This document shows, one piece after another, positions 51,585 through 62,179 of a DNA stretch of 64,000 nt (positions are counted from its first letter, which is position 1; the number at the start of each line of letters is the position of its first letter). The notes beneath the pieces were generated by a model. It was not told the origin of the DNA. It did no database searches and saw only the letters and a list, made by a program, of their open reading frames with translations. Source of the stretch: an uncultured Candidatus Rokubacteria bacterium (lineage in GTDB: Bacteria; Methylomirabilota; Methylomirabilia; Rokubacteriales; CSP1-6). The translations under genes and the position numbers were made by a program. Location: the NCBI GenBank assembly GCA_963762145.1, contig CAVXJS010000011.1, positions 672,001 to 736,000 on the forward strand, given 5' to 3'.

Positions 51585-52679
51585 ATGGCGACGTACAAGA
51601 TCGCGGTGCTGCCCGGCGACGGGATCGGGCAGGAGGTGACGCCGCAGGCGCAGCGCGTTCTCCAGTTCGTCGGCCGGGCCGCCGGCATCGGTTTCGAGTT
51701 CGAGAACGGGCTGGTGGGCGGCTCCGCCATCGACGCGGCCGGGACCCCGCTGCCGCCCGCGACGCTGACGCTCTGTCAGCAGGCGCACGCCATCCTCTTC
51801 GGGGCGGTGGGCGGGCCCAAGTGGGACACGCTGCCGCAAGAGCAGCGCCCCGAGCGCGGGTTGCTCGGCATCCGCAAGGAGCTCGACCTCTTCGCCAACC
51901 TGCGGCCGGCGACCTGCTTCCCCATGCTGGTGGACGCCTCGCCGCTCAAGCGCTCGGTGGTCGAGGGCACCGACATCATGGTGATCCGCGAGCTGACCGG
52001 CGGGCTCTACTTCGGCGAGCCGCGCGGGCGCGAGGAGTTCGCCGACGGGGGGGCGCGCGCGGTCAACACGATGGCCTATACCTCGCGCGAGATCGAGCGG
52101 GTGGCCCGCGCCGCCTTCGACGTGGCGATGAAGCGCAAGAAGCGCCTGGCCTCGGTGGACAAGGCCAACGTCCTGGTGGTCTCGCAGCTCTGGCGGGAAG
52201 TGGTCACGCGGGTGGGGAAGGACTATCCCCAGGTGCAGCTCGAGCACGTGCTGGTGGACAACTGCGCGATGGCGCTGGTCCACAAACCCACCCACTTCGA
52301 CACGATCGTGACCGAGAACACCTTCGGCGACATCCTGTCGGACGAGGCGGCCATCCTCGCCGGCTCGATGGGCATGCTGCCGTCGGCCAGCCTGGGCGGC
52401 AAGGGCGGCCGGATGGGGCTGTTCGAGCCGGTCCACGGCACCGCGCCGGACATCGCGGGCCAGGGGGTGGCCAACCCGATCGCGGCGATCCTGTCCGCGT
52501 CCATGCTGCTGCGCTACTCCCTCGAGCGGGGCGCCGACGCCGACCGGGTGGACGCGGCAGTCCTGCGCGTGCTGGAGCGGGGGCATCGGACCCGGGACAT
52601 CCACTCGGCCGGCACCAAGCTGGTGGGGACGGCGGAGATGGGAGACCTCATCATGGCCGAGGTCGAGAAGTCGTATTGA
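51585..52679 (+). CDS. leuB: 3-isopropylmalate dehydrogenase
   Basis: [45 protein letters not shown]. Confidence 0.96.
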   Translation: MATYKIAVLPGDGIGQEVTPQAQRVLQFVGRAAGIGFEFENGLVGGSAIDAAGTPLPPATLTLCQQAHAILFGAVGGPKWDTLPQEQRPERGLLGIRKELDLFANLRPATCFPMLVDASPLKRSVVEGTDIMVIRELTGGLYFGEPRGREEFADGGARAVNTMAYTSREIERVARAAFDVAMKRKKRLASVDKANVLVVSQLWREVVTRVGKDYPQVQLEHVLVDNCAMALVHKPTHFDTIVTENTFGDILSDEAAILAGSMGMLPSASLGGKGGRMGLFEPVHGTAPDIAGQGVANPIAAILSASMLLRYSLERGADADRVDAAVLRVLERGHRTRDIHSAGTKLVGTAEMGDLIMAEVEKSY

Positions 52680-52709
52680 AATAATCAGATAAATAGGAGA
52701 CTGTGAGCT

Positions 52710-53714
52710 ATGGCTTCAGGTGTCGTGGTGGCGGTGGTCGGGGTGACCGGTGCGGTGGGGCAGACCACGCTGAAGATCCTCGAGGAGCGCAAGTTCCCGG
52801 TGCGGGAGCTGCGGGCCTTTGCGTCCGCACGCTCGGCCGGGAAGACCGTCACCTTCAAGGGCGAGCCGGTGCGGGTCGAGGCCGTCGGTCCCGGCGTCTT
52901 CAAGGGAGTCGACATCGCGCTCTTCTCCGCGGGCTCGGCCCAGTCCAAGGAGTATGCCCCCCAAGCCGTGAGGGCCGGTGCCCTGGTGGTGGACAAGTCG
53001 AGCGCGTTCCGGATGGACCCGCAGGTGCCGCTGGTGGTGCCCGAGATCAATGCGCACGCGGTGCGCGGTCACCACGGCATCGTGGCGTGCCCGAACTGCA
53101 CCACCATCGTCACCGTGATGCCGCTCAAGCCGCTCCACGAGGCGGGTCGGCTCCGCCGGGTCGTCGCGACCAGCTTCCAGGCGGTCTCGGGCGCCGGCGT
53201 CAACGGGGTGGACGAGCTGCGGACCCAGACGCTCGCGTGGGCCCGGGGTGAAGCGATCACGCCGAAGTTCTTCGCGCATCAGATCGCCTTCAACGTCATT
53301 CCCCACATCGACAAGTTCGGGGCCGACGGCTACAGCGGCGAGGAGATCAAGCTGGTCAACGAGGTCCGGAAGATCCTCGAGCTGCCCGACCTGCCGGTCT
53401 CGCCCACCACGGTGCGCGTGCCGGTGTTCACCGCCCACTCGGTGGCCGTGAACGCGGAGACCGAGGTCAAGATCGGCCGCGAGCGGGCGCGCGAGGTCTT
53501 CGCCGGCTTCCCGGGGCTCAAGCTCTGGGACGAGCCCGCCGAGAATCGCTACCCGATGCCCATCGTGGTGGAGGGCCAGGACGATTGCTACGTGGGCCGG
53601 GTGCGCGAGGACCTGACGCTGCCGAACGGCCTCAACTTCTGGGTGGTGGGCGATCAGCTCCGCAAGGGCGCCGCCCTGAACGGCATCCAGATCGCGGAGC
53701 TGTTGATCCGCTGA
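52710..53714 (+). CDS. asd: Aspartate-semialdehyde dehydrogenase
   Basis: GVTGAVG, SSAFRMDPQVPLVVPEIN, PNCTT, QAVSGAG, DQLRKGAALN. Confidence 0.96.
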   Translation: MASGVVVAVVGVTGAVGQTTLKILEERKFPVRELRAFASARSAGKTVTFKGEPVRVEAVGPGVFKGVDIALFSAGSAQSKEYAPQAVRAGALVVDKSSAFRMDPQVPLVVPEINAHAVRGHHGIVACPNCTTIVTVMPLKPLHEAGRLRRVVATSFQAVSGAGVNGVDELRTQTLAWARGEAITPKFFAHQIAFNVIPHIDKFGADGYSGEEIKLVNEVRKILELPDLPVSPTTVRVPVFTAHSVAVNAETEVKIGRERAREVFAGFPGLKLWDEPAENRYPMPIVVEGQDDCYVGRVREDLTLPNGLNFWVVGDQLRKGAALNGIQIAELLIR

Positions 53715-53721
53715 TCCTCTG

Positions 53722-54509
53722 ATGGGCGAGGCTGGGCGCACCGTCCGGCTCGACGCTCGCCTACGAGGGCACGGACCTGCACGGCTGGCAGGTGCAGCCG
53801 GGGCTCGCCACCGTGCAGGGCCTCCTGATGGAGGCGGCCGCGCGGGTGCTGGGCGGGCCCGTGAAGATCACCGGAGCGAGCCGGACCGACGCGGGCGTGC
53901 ACGCGCTTCGACAGGTCGCGAGCCTCTCCATCTCATCCGCGGTCGCCCCGGCGGCGCTGCACCGCGCGCTGAACGCCCTGTTGCCTCCCTCGGTGCGCGT
54001 GCTCGACGTGCGCGAGGCGCCCGCCGGCTTCGACGCGCGCCGCTGGGCGCGCGGGCAAGCGCTACGCCTACCTGATGGATCGCGGCCAGCAGGCCGATCC
54101 GTTCCTGCGGCGCCACGCGTGGCATACGCCGTTCCCGCTCGACGTGGACGCGATGGCGGCGGGGCTCGCGCTCGTGCGCGGCAAGCACGACTTCAGCGCC
54201 TTCTGCGCCGCGGCGGGCCGCGATCGCACGCCCACCTGCACGATCACGTCGGCGCGGGTGGTGGCCCGGCACGAGCGTCTGGCGATCTGCCTCTCCGCCG
54301 ACAGCTTCCTGCACCACATGGTCCGCAACATCGTCGGGAGCCTGGTCGAGGTCGGACGGGGCGCTCGGCCGCCCGGGTGGATCGGCGAAGTCGTGGACGG
54401 GCTGGACCGGAGGCGGGCCGGACCGACCGCGCCGGCCCAGGGGCTCGTGCTGGTCCGGGTCCTGTACGGTCCCGTCACGGGGCCTCGGGCACTGGGAGGC
54501 GCCGGGTGA
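53722..54509 (+). CDS. truA: tRNA pseudouridine(38-40) synthase (two frameshifts, near 53752 and 54055)
   Basis: LAYEGT..GWQ.Q, ASRTDAGVHA, GKHDFSAF, FLHHMVRNIVG, TAPAQGL. Confidence 0.9.
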
Positions 54510-54856
54510 TGCCGGACGATCTCCCGACAGGCGGCCCGCCCCCGGCTGAGGACGGGGAGGGGTCGCGCCGCGGCAAAGGTTTCAAGGCGCGGAAGCGGGA
54601 GGACCATGCCCTTGTCCTGATCCGGGATCTCCTGGCCAGTCTGGACAATCCCGCCCAGGCCCGGCGTCTCCTCCTGGAGCTGAGCCGCTACTACGATCCC
54701 ATCCTGGGGGGCGGGATCGTGGAGGTCCGCCATCAGCGGGAGATCATGAATGCGATCGAGGCCGGGCGGCTGGAGGAGGCCCGGGCCCTGGTCCAGGCCC
54801 GATACGACCTCTACATCAAGGACCGGGCGCACCTGGGCCGTGGGGAGGAAGGCTGA
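54509..54856 (+). CDS. Hypothetical protein
   Basis: ORF coupled to the truA stop; typical codon bias. Confidence 0.6.
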   Translation: MPDDLPTGGPPPAEDGEGSRRGKGFKARKREDHALVLIRDLLASLDNPAQARRLLLELSRYYDPILGGGIVEVRHQREIMNAIEAGRLEEARALVQARYDLYIKDRAHLGRGEEG

Positions 54857-54864
54857 CGATTGCC

Positions 54865-54893
54865 TTGACACTGGTCTGACCAGTGCCTAGAAT
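54865..54893 (+). promoter_or_regulatory. Sigma70 promoter of the fdh operon with a FadR-type palindromic operator in the spacer
   Basis: TTGACA-17nt-TAGAAT; CACTGGTC-T-GACCAGTG perfect palindrome at 54869-54885. Confidence 0.75.
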
Positions 54894-54944
54894 CCTTTCA
54901 ACTTCACGACCCTAGACGCAGGCGTACCACAGCGAGGTGTCGCC

Positions 54945-57900
54945 ATGAGCCTATCGCGGCGTGATTTCCTGAAATACGCGGGTTCGACCGGCGCCGGTGT
55001 CGCCGTCGGAGCCGCGACCATCGACCTCAAGCCGGTCCAGGCAGCCGCCACGGACCTCAAGATCAAGGAAGCCAAGGTACATCCCGGCGTCTGTCCATAC
55101 TGCGCCGTCGGCTGCATCCAGCTCGTGTACTCGAAGGGCGACAAGATCATCGACATCGAGGGGCATCCGGACACCCCGCATACCCTCGGCCGGCTCTGCC
55201 CCAAGGGCGCGGCGACCATCCAGCTCTCCAATAACCCGCTGCGGCCCACCAAGGCCATGTACCGGGCGCCCGGCTCGGACAAGTGGGAGGAGAAGCCGCT
55301 GGACTGGATGTACGAGCAGATCGCGAAGCGCTACTACGAGGTCCGGGAGAAGCACTTCATCGAGAAGGAGAAGAACAAGGACGGGCAGGAGGTGCTGGTC
55401 AATCGCCTCGACGCCATCGCCTCCCTCGGCTCGGCCTGCATCGACAACGAGGAGTGCTACCTCCTCAGCAAGCTCAACCGCGCCTTCGGCATCGTCTACC
55501 ACGAACATCAGGCTCGAGTCTGACACTCCGCCACGGTCCCAGCTCTGGGGACCACGTTCGGGCGGGGCGCGATGACGACGAACCTGATCGACATCCAGAA
55601 CTCGGATGTCATCATGGCCACCAGCAACTTCGCGGAGAATCACCCGGTCGGCTTCCAGTGGGTGATGAAGGCGAAGGAGCGCGGGGCGAAGTTCATCCAC
55701 GTCGATCCGCGCTTCACCCGCACCAGCGCGGTGGCCGACATCCACGTGCCCCTGCGTTCGGGCACCAACATCGCGTTCTTCGGCGGGCTCATCAGCTACG
55801 CGATCGCCAGCAACCTCTTCTTCAAGGACTACGTCGTCCACTACACGAACGCCTCGTTCCTGATCGATCCCGCCTTCAAGACCGCGACCGACGGCGGCGG
55901 CCTCTTCACCGGCCTCGAGCCGACCGGCAAGGGCGGCGCCGACCCCCACGTGTCGGAGGCCTACAAGCGGGACTCGTGGAAGTACCAGCTCGACGGCGAA
56001 GGCAATCCCAAGCGCGACCTGAGCCTCCGCGATCCGCATAGCGTGTTCCAGCTCATGAAGCGGCACTACAGCCGCTACACCCCCGAGATGGTGGAGCGGG
56101 TGTGCGGGATCCCGAAGGAGAAGTTCGTCCAGGTCGCCAAGCTCTACTGCGAGAACAGCGGGCCCGAGAAGACCGGGACCATCACCTACGCGCTGAACCT
56201 GACCCAGCACACCAACGGGGTCCAGAACATCCGCGCGCTCTGCATGCTCCAGATCCTGCTCGGGAACATCGGGCGGCCGGGCGGCGGGGTGGTGGCCCTG
56301 CGGGGCCACGCCAACGTGCAGGGGGCCACCGACCTCGAGCTGCTCTACCACGAGCTGCCCGGGTACCTGCCGATGCCGCTCCGGGAGCTGCACCCGGATC
56401 TCAAGACGTACCTGGAGAAGGTCACCCCCAAGGGCGGCTTCTGGGTGAACCTGCCCAAGTTCATGGTGAGCCTGCTCAAGGCCTTCTACGGCGACGCGGC
56501 CACCGCCGAGAACGACTACGGCTACCAGTGGCTTCCCAAGCGGGCGTCCGCGGACGCCTACAGCCACCAGCACATGTTCGTGGATATGTACAAGGGCGTC
56601 ATCAAGGGCTTCCTCTCCGACGGGCAGAACCCGGCGGTGGGTGGGCCCAACGCCAAGCTGGCCCGCGCCGCACTCGGCAAGCTCGACTGGCTGGTGGTGA
56701 AGGACATCTTCGTCACCGAGACCGCGGAGTTCTGGAAGGCGCCGGGGGTGACCGCCAAGGACATCAAGACCGAGGTGTTCTTCCTGCCCGCCGCGCCGGC
56801 CGCCGAGAAGGACGGGAGCCTCACCAACACCATGCGGCTGATCCAGTGGCACGAGAAGGCGGTCAACCCGCCCGGCGACGTGACGTCGGACGCCGAGTTC
56901 TTCGTGAGCCTCGCCAAGCGGCTGCAGAAGCTCTACGCGGGGTCCAAGAAGGAGCGGGACAAGGGGTTCCTGGCCGCGAGCTTCGAGTACGGCGACAACC
57001 CCAAAGAGCCGAACATGGAGCTGGTCCTCAAGGAGATCAACGGGTTCGCGACCCAGGAGATCACCGACAAGGACGGCAAGGTGGTCTACAAGAAGGGGCA
57101 GGCGCTCAACACCTTCGCCCACATGACCGACGACGGCAAGACCGCGGGCGGGTGCTGGATCTACACCGGCGTCACGGTGGAGGGCGCCGACGGCAAGCTG
57201 ATCAACAAGGCCAACCTGCGCAAGCCGGCCGACGACAAGGACTACCTGGCCCACGGCTGGGGGTTCGCGTGGCCGGCCAACCGGCGCATTCTCTACAACC
57301 GCGCCTCCGCCGATCTCAACGGCAAGCCCTGGAGCGAGAAGAAGAAGCTGATCTGGTGGGATCCGGAAGCCCCCGGCAACGAGCCGGACAAGAAGGGCAA
57401 GTGGGTGGGCCTCGACGTGCCCGACTTCAACGCGTTCCTGGCTCCGGACGCCAAGAACGGCGACAAGCCGTTCATCATGCGCGCGGACCTGGTCGGCGCC
57501 TTCTTCGGCCCGCTCAACGACGGGCCCTTCCCGGAGCACTACGAGCCGGTGGAGTCGCCCACCAAGAACCTCCTCTCCAAGCAGCAGATGAACCCGGTGG
57601 CCAAGATCTGGAGCGTGCCCGACCAGAAGAACGACCTGGCCCCGGTCGGCTCGCCCGACTATCCCTATGTGGTCACGACCTACCGATTGACCGAGCACCA
57701 CCTCTCGGGCGTCATGTCGCGCTACCTGCCCATGCTCGCCGAGCTGTTCCACTCCCACTTCGCCGAGATCAGCCACGAGCTCGCGGCGGAGCTCGGGATC
57801 GAGAACGGGGAGCGGGTGACCGTGCTCAGCCCGCGAGGCAAGGTCCACGTGACCGCCATGGTCACGCACCGCCTGAAGCCGTTCATGATCGACGGCAAGA

Positions 57901-58055
57901 AGACCCACCAGATCGGCATCCCGTGGCACTGGGGCTACAACGGCATCTCCAAGGGCGACATCACCAACGATCTCTCCGCGACGGTGGGAGACCCGACGGT
58001 CTACATCCAGGAGACCAAGGCCTTCCTCTGCAACGTGAAGAAGGGGGAGGTGTAG
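54945..58055 (+). CDS. fdnG: Selenocysteine-containing formate dehydrogenase alpha subunit (FdnG/FdoG-type, Tat-exported); UGA at 55521-55523 = Sec
   Basis: SRRDFLK; CPYCAVGC..LCPKG; HQARV-U-HSATV..FGRGAMT in one continuous frame; ALRGHANVQGATD; FPEHYEP. Confidence 0.93.
55535..55553 (+). promoter_or_regulatory. Bacterial SECIS element
   Basis: GGUCCCAGCUCUGGGGACC hairpin starting exactly 11 nt after the UGA, as in E. coli-type SECIS. Confidence 0.8.
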
Positions 58056-58057
58056 CC

Positions 58058-58837
58058 ATGGCCCGCACGCTCGCGATGTTCACGGACACCTCCCTCTGCA
58101 TCGGCTGCCGGGCCTGCCAGGTAGCCTGCAAGCAGTGGAACGAGCTGCCGATGGAGGAGCCGCAATGGACCGGCTCCTACCAGAACCAGGCCCACTTCAC
58201 CGACAAGACCTACCGGCTCGTGCGCTTCATCGAGAAGCCGCAGGCGAACGGCGAGCTGCAGTGGCTCCTCATGTCGGACGTCTGCAAGCACTGCGCGCAG
58301 GCGGGGTGCCTCGACGCCTGCCCCACCGGCGCGATCTACCGGACCGAGTTCGGGACGGTCAACATCAACCAGGACGTGTGCAACGGCTGCCGGTACTGCG
58401 TCAGCTCGTGCCCGTTCGGGGTGGTCTCGTTCAATCACGACACCGGCCGGGCCAACAAGTGCACGTTCTGCAACGACCGCATCCACAACGGGCTCGGGCC
58501 GGCCTGCGCCAAGACCTGCCCGACCGAGTCCATCCAGTTCGGATTCCGCGACGAGCTCGCCGCGAAGGCCGAGAAGCGCGTGGCCAAGCTCAAGGAGATG
58601 GGGTACTCCGGCGCCCAGCTGTACGGCGTCGACGACAAGGGCCCCCTCGGCGGGCTGAACGCCTTCTTCCTCCTGCTGGACAAGCCGTCGACCTACGACC
58701 TCCCCGAGAAGCCGCTGCTCCCGCAGCGCAATGTCCTGGTGGACTCGGTGCTGGCGGTGGGCTCGGCGCTGCTCGTCGGGGTGGGCGCGATCATGGCCTT
58801 CCGCGAGCGGGGCGGGCAGGGGGACGATCATGCTTAA
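58058..58837 (+). CDS. fdnH: Formate dehydrogenase Fe-S (beta) subunit with C-terminal TM helix
   Basis: Four 4Fe-4S motifs (CIGCRAC, CKHC..CLDACP, CNGCRYC..CP, KCTFC..CAKTCP). Confidence 0.9.
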   Translation: MARTLAMFTDTSLCIGCRACQVACKQWNELPMEEPQWTGSYQNQAHFTDKTYRLVRFIEKPQANGELQWLLMSDVCKHCAQAGCLDACPTGAIYRTEFGTVNINQDVCNGCRYCVSSCPFGVVSFNHDTGRANKCTFCNDRIHNGLGPACAKTCPTESIQFGFRDELAAKAEKRVAKLKEMGYSGAQLYGVDDKGPLGGLNAFFLLLDKPSTYDLPEKPLLPQRNVLVDSVLAVGSALLVGVGAIMAFRERGGQGDDHA

Positions 58838-59648
58838 GACCCCCGACTGGCACCTGCTGATCGTCTGGTACTTCTTCCTCGGCGGCATCGCGGGCGGCGC
58901 CTATTTCACCGCGGCGATCGCGGACAACTTCGGGGGCCGGCGCGACCGTAACGTGGTGCGCACCGGCTACATCCTGGCGCTGCTCATGATCGGCGTCTGC
59001 GGCATGCTCCTGATCCTCGATCTCGGCACCCCGAGCCGCTTCCTGAACATGATGAAGGCCTTCAAGTTCTGGGACCCGATGTCGATCGGCGCCTGGATGC
59101 TCGGGGTCTTCGGTCTCTTCGCCTTCGCATCCTCCGCGCTGTCGCTGTCGCCCGACGAGCGGCGGGCCTCCCTCCGGCGGAAGATCAGCCTGGTCGGGAT
59201 CATCTTCGGCTTCTTCCTCGCGAGCTACACCGGCGTGCTCCTGAGCGCCACCGCGCTGCCCCTCTGGAGCGACGCGCGGCTCATGGGGGCCTTGTTCCTC
59301 GCCTCCGGCGCCTCCACCGGGATGGCCGCGATCGTGCTGCTGCTCTACCTGAGCGGCGAGTCGGGAACCGAGAGCTTCGAGAAGGTCAACCGGGCGGATC
59401 GGCTGGCGATCCTGTTCGAGCTGGCGGTCCTCGCGCTCTTCCTCGTGTGGCTCGGCTCCGCGGCCACGCCGCTGACGTCCGGCCCGATGGCGCCGCTCTT
59501 CTGGGGCGGCCTCGTCGTGGCGGGGCTCCTGGTTCCGCTCGGGATCGACTTTTTCGCCACCCGCTGGGTTCCCGCCGCGGTCTCGGCGGTCCTGGTCCTG
59601 GTGGGCGGGTTCATCCTGCGCTACGTCGTGGTGATGACGCACGCCTGA
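58830..59648 (+). CDS. NrfD/PsrC family membrane anchor
   Basis: YFFLGGIAGG, LILDLG.P.RF, PMSIGAW, SYTGVLL..T..P.W, LFLASG, GG..LRY. Confidence 0.9.
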   Translation: MLKTPDWHLLIVWYFFLGGIAGGAYFTAAIADNFGGRRDRNVVRTGYILALLMIGVCGMLLILDLGTPSRFLNMMKAFKFWDPMSIGAWMLGVFGLFAFASSALSLSPDERRASLRRKISLVGIIFGFFLASYTGVLLSATALPLWSDARLMGALFLASGASTGMAAIVLLLYLSGESGTESFEKVNRADRLAILFELAVLALFLVWLGSAATPLTSGPMAPLFWGGLVVAGLLVPLGIDFFATRWVPAAVSAVLVLVGGFILRYVVVMTHA

Positions 59649-59673
59649 GCCGGCGTCTGCCGGACCGCCGCAC

Positions 59674-59704
59674 AAGGGGCCCCGAGCGGGGCCCCTTCCT
59701 TTAT
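59674..59704 (+). terminator. Hairpin, probable intrinsic terminator or attenuator after the fdh structural genes
   Basis: AAGGGGCCCC-GAGC-GGGGCCCCTT followed by CCTTTAT. Confidence 0.65.
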
Positions 59705-59728
59705 ACTGAGGCCGGCATCCAACCAGGC

Positions 59729-60478
59729 ATGCGGACCTACTTCCACGTCAAGGGCGGCCGGCTCGAAGAGGTCAAGGGCGAGGTCGTCCGGGAGCAGCCG
59801 TTGACGGTCTACGTCAACGGAGAGCGGTTTCTCACCTTGCTCTGCTCCCCCTTCCAGCTCGACGCGCTGGTGGTCGGCTACCTGTGGATGGAGAAGGTGG
59901 TGGAGGATCTCGCCGAGATCACCCGCCTCGAGATCTCCGAGGTGGACGGGCGCGCCGACGTCACGCTCTCGCGTCCGGTGACGCTGCCCACCGAGCGCAT
60001 CCTCACCTCGGGCTGCGGGGGCGGCATCACGTTCCGCATCGACCCGCGCCTCTTCCCGCGGCTGCACTCCTCGTTGCGGGTCACCCCCGGGCAGCTCGCG
60101 GGCCGGATCAAGGAGCTCTACGGCCAGGCCGAGCGCTACCAGGCCTCCCGCGGCATCCACGGCGCGGCGCTGGCCGACGGCGAGCGGCTGCTGGTGATGG
60201 CGGAGGACGTGGGGCGCCACAATGCGGTGGACAAGGTGAAGGGCGAGGCCCTGCTCAAGGGCATCACGACGGTGGACCGCATCCTGCTCTCCACCGGACG
60301 GGTGTCCTCGGAGATGCTCCTCAAGGCCGCCCGCATGGGCGTGCCGGTGGTCGCCTCGCGCACGTCGCCGACCGAGATGGCGGTCGGGCTCGCCGAGCAG
60401 CTCGGGATCACCGTGATCGGCTACCTGCGTCCGGACGCCCTCAATCTCTACGCGGGCGACGCGCTCGAGGTCGACTGA
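59729..60478 (+). CDS. fdhD: Formate dehydrogenase accessory sulfurtransferase
   Basis: EQPLTVYVNG, TSGCG, HGAAL, EDVGRHNAVDK, GRVSSEM. Confidence 0.93.
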   Translation: MRTYFHVKGGRLEEVKGEVVREQPLTVYVNGERFLTLLCSPFQLDALVVGYLWMEKVVEDLAEITRLEISEVDGRADVTLSRPVTLPTERILTSGCGGGITFRIDPRLFPRLHSSLRVTPGQLAGRIKELYGQAERYQASRGIHGAALADGERLLVMAEDVGRHNAVDKVKGEALLKGITTVDRILLSTGRVSSEMLLKAARMGVPVVASRTSPTEMAVGLAEQLGITVIGYLRPDALNLYAGDALEVD

Positions 60479-60482
60479 CGCC

Positions 60483-61376
60483 ATGCTCGATCATGCCGCG
60501 CTGATGACCGACTGGCGGGCCCTGCTGGCTCGGCGCCCCGCGCTGGCGGAGCCGCTCCGCTTCTGGACCGCGATCATCGAGAACTGGGCGCTCTGGAAGC
60601 CTCCGGCGGTCCTCGTGCCGCTGACGCTGTCGCCCGACGAGTGCCGGCAGCGCTGGCAGGCCGGCCGGACGCTGCTGACCGACGCCGTCCCGGAGCTTCC
60701 CGCCGCCTCGGTGGAGGATCTGCTGGGGCCCGTGATGGAGCGCCTGGCCGCCGACGGTCCCGAATCCGCGGCGGCCCTGGGCCGGTTCGCGGAGGCGTGG
60801 GACGACGGGCGGGTGGACGCTTCGACCCTGCTGCCCCGCCTCGATCGCGACCCGGCGACCGCGCTGCAGGAGCTCTTCGGCCTCGGGTCCCATCTGGGCG
60901 CGTTCCTCCCGGTGGCGGCGCTGCGCCCCGCGCTCGAGACCTACTTCGAGACCGTGCGCGGGCTGCCGGACGGGGTGTGGGAGCGTGGGGGCTGTCCGTG
61001 GTGCGGGGGCGCGCCCTCGTACGGCGATCTCGTGGAGGACGGTCGCCGTCGGCTCTCCTGCCACGTCTGCGGCGGCGCCTGGATCGCGGCCCGGCTGCGC
61101 TGTCCGTTCTGTGAGAGCTGGAACTCGCGAGACCTCGTCCGGCTCGTGGGCGAGGCGCTCGACGAGGGCTACTTCATCGAGGCCTGTCGCGCCTGCCACG
61201 GGTATCTCAAGGGGGTGGATCGTCGTCAGCGGTGGAACGCGGGCGGCCCGCTCGTCGAGGACTGGGGCTCGCCCCATCTCGACCTCTACGCGGCCCGCGA
61301 GGGCTACTGGCGCGCCACGCCGTCCCTCGCCCACCTGCTGCCGCCCGACGGGCCCCCGGGAGAGATCCCGGCGTGA
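60483..61376 (+). CDS. fdhE: Formate dehydrogenase accessory protein
   Basis: CPWCG, CHVC..W...R..CPFC, CRACHGYLK, LDL.A...G. Confidence 0.88.
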   Translation: MLDHAALMTDWRALLARRPALAEPLRFWTAIIENWALWKPPAVLVPLTLSPDECRQRWQAGRTLLTDAVPELPAASVEDLLGPVMERLAADGPESAAALGRFAEAWDDGRVDASTLLPRLDRDPATALQELFGLGSHLGAFLPVAALRPALETYFETVRGLPDGVWERGGCPWCGGAPSYGDLVEDGRRRLSCHVCGGAWIAARLRCPFCESWNSRDLVRLVGEALDEGYFIEACRACHGYLKGVDRRQRWNAGGPLVEDWGSPHLDLYAAREGYWRATPSLAHLLPPDGPPGEIPA

Positions 61377-62179
61377 ACGCGGTGCTCTACGACGTGGCGC
61401 TCACCGCCTACATCCTGGCCGCGGTGGCCGCGATCGGCTCGCTCTTCGGTCGGCGCGACCAGCTCGCGTGGATCGCCCTGCTGCTGACCCAGGCGGGCTG
61501 GATCTGCCATACCGTGGCGGTGATCGCCCGGGGCATCGAGCTGGGTCGCCTGCCGTTCATGACCATGCCGGAGGTGATCTCGCTCGTGATCTGGGCCGCG
61601 GTCCTGCTCGACTTCTGGATCGAGCGCCGTCACCGCATCCGACCGCTCAGCGCCTTCGTGCTTCCGGTCATCCTGGCCCTCGGGCTGGGACTTCCGACCG
61701 GGCTGCGGTCGATGGCGCTGGAGACGCCGGTGAAGAGCGGCTGGATCGTGGTGCACGTGGCGCTGGTGCTGGTGGGCCTGGCCGCGCTCGTGCTGAACTT
61801 CGGCATCGCGCTGATGTACCTCCTGCGCGAGCGCCAGCTCAAGCACAAGCGCACCGGCGCCTTCTACCGCCGCCTGCCCCCGCTGGAGACGCTCGACCGG
61901 CTCGCGGTGGGCACGCTCACCATCGGCTTCCCCTTCCTCACCGTCGGCCTGGCCCTGGGCGTGCTCTCCGCCCCCGCCGCGTGGGGGAGCCTGCTCACCT
62001 TCGATCCGCTCGCGCTCTTCTCGCTCGTGATGTGGGTGATCTACGCGACCACCCTGCTCGGCCGCGTGATGGGGCAATGGGGCGGCCGCCGCGCCGCCTA
62101 CTACGCCATCGCGGGCTTCTGCGTGCTCCTGGCCACCTTGAGCGCGGGCGTCTTCCTCCACGGCCGGCACGGGTCATGA
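61373..62179 (+). CDS. Cytochrome c assembly family protein (CcsA/HemX-like)
   Basis: WIVVHV, RQLK.K..LPPLETLD, GFPFLT.G, DP; directly upstream of hemA. Confidence 0.85.
   Translation: MNAVLYDVALTAYILAAVAAIGSLFGRRDQLAWIALLLTQAGWICHTVAVIARGIELGRLPFMTMPEVISLVIWAAVLLDFWIERRHRIRPLSAFVLPVILALGLGLPTGLRSMALETPVKSGWIVVHVALVLVGLAALVLNFGIALMYLLRERQLKHKRTGAFYRRLPPLETLDRLAVGTLTIGFPFLTVGLALGVLSAPAAWGSLLTFDPLALFSLVMWVIYATTLLGRVMGQWGGRRAAYYAIAGFCVLLATLSAGVFLHGRHGS

Noticed and set aside
6840-54060. Isolated frameshifts in leuD, oxidoreductase alpha, terC and truA as programmed frameshifting or pseudogenes
   Set aside because: They fall mostly at short C/G runs with no slippery heptamer or stimulator, and both halves are well conserved; sequencing error is more parsimonious
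46693-57929. Very long antisense ORFs (e.g. 46693-50421, 54951-57929, and similar ones elsewhere)
   Set aside because: Shadow ORFs of genes with strong GC3 bias; no motifs or ribosome-binding sites
54945-58055. fdnG as a nonsense-disrupted pseudogene
   Set aside because: The UGA is at the Sec position and has a correctly spaced SECIS
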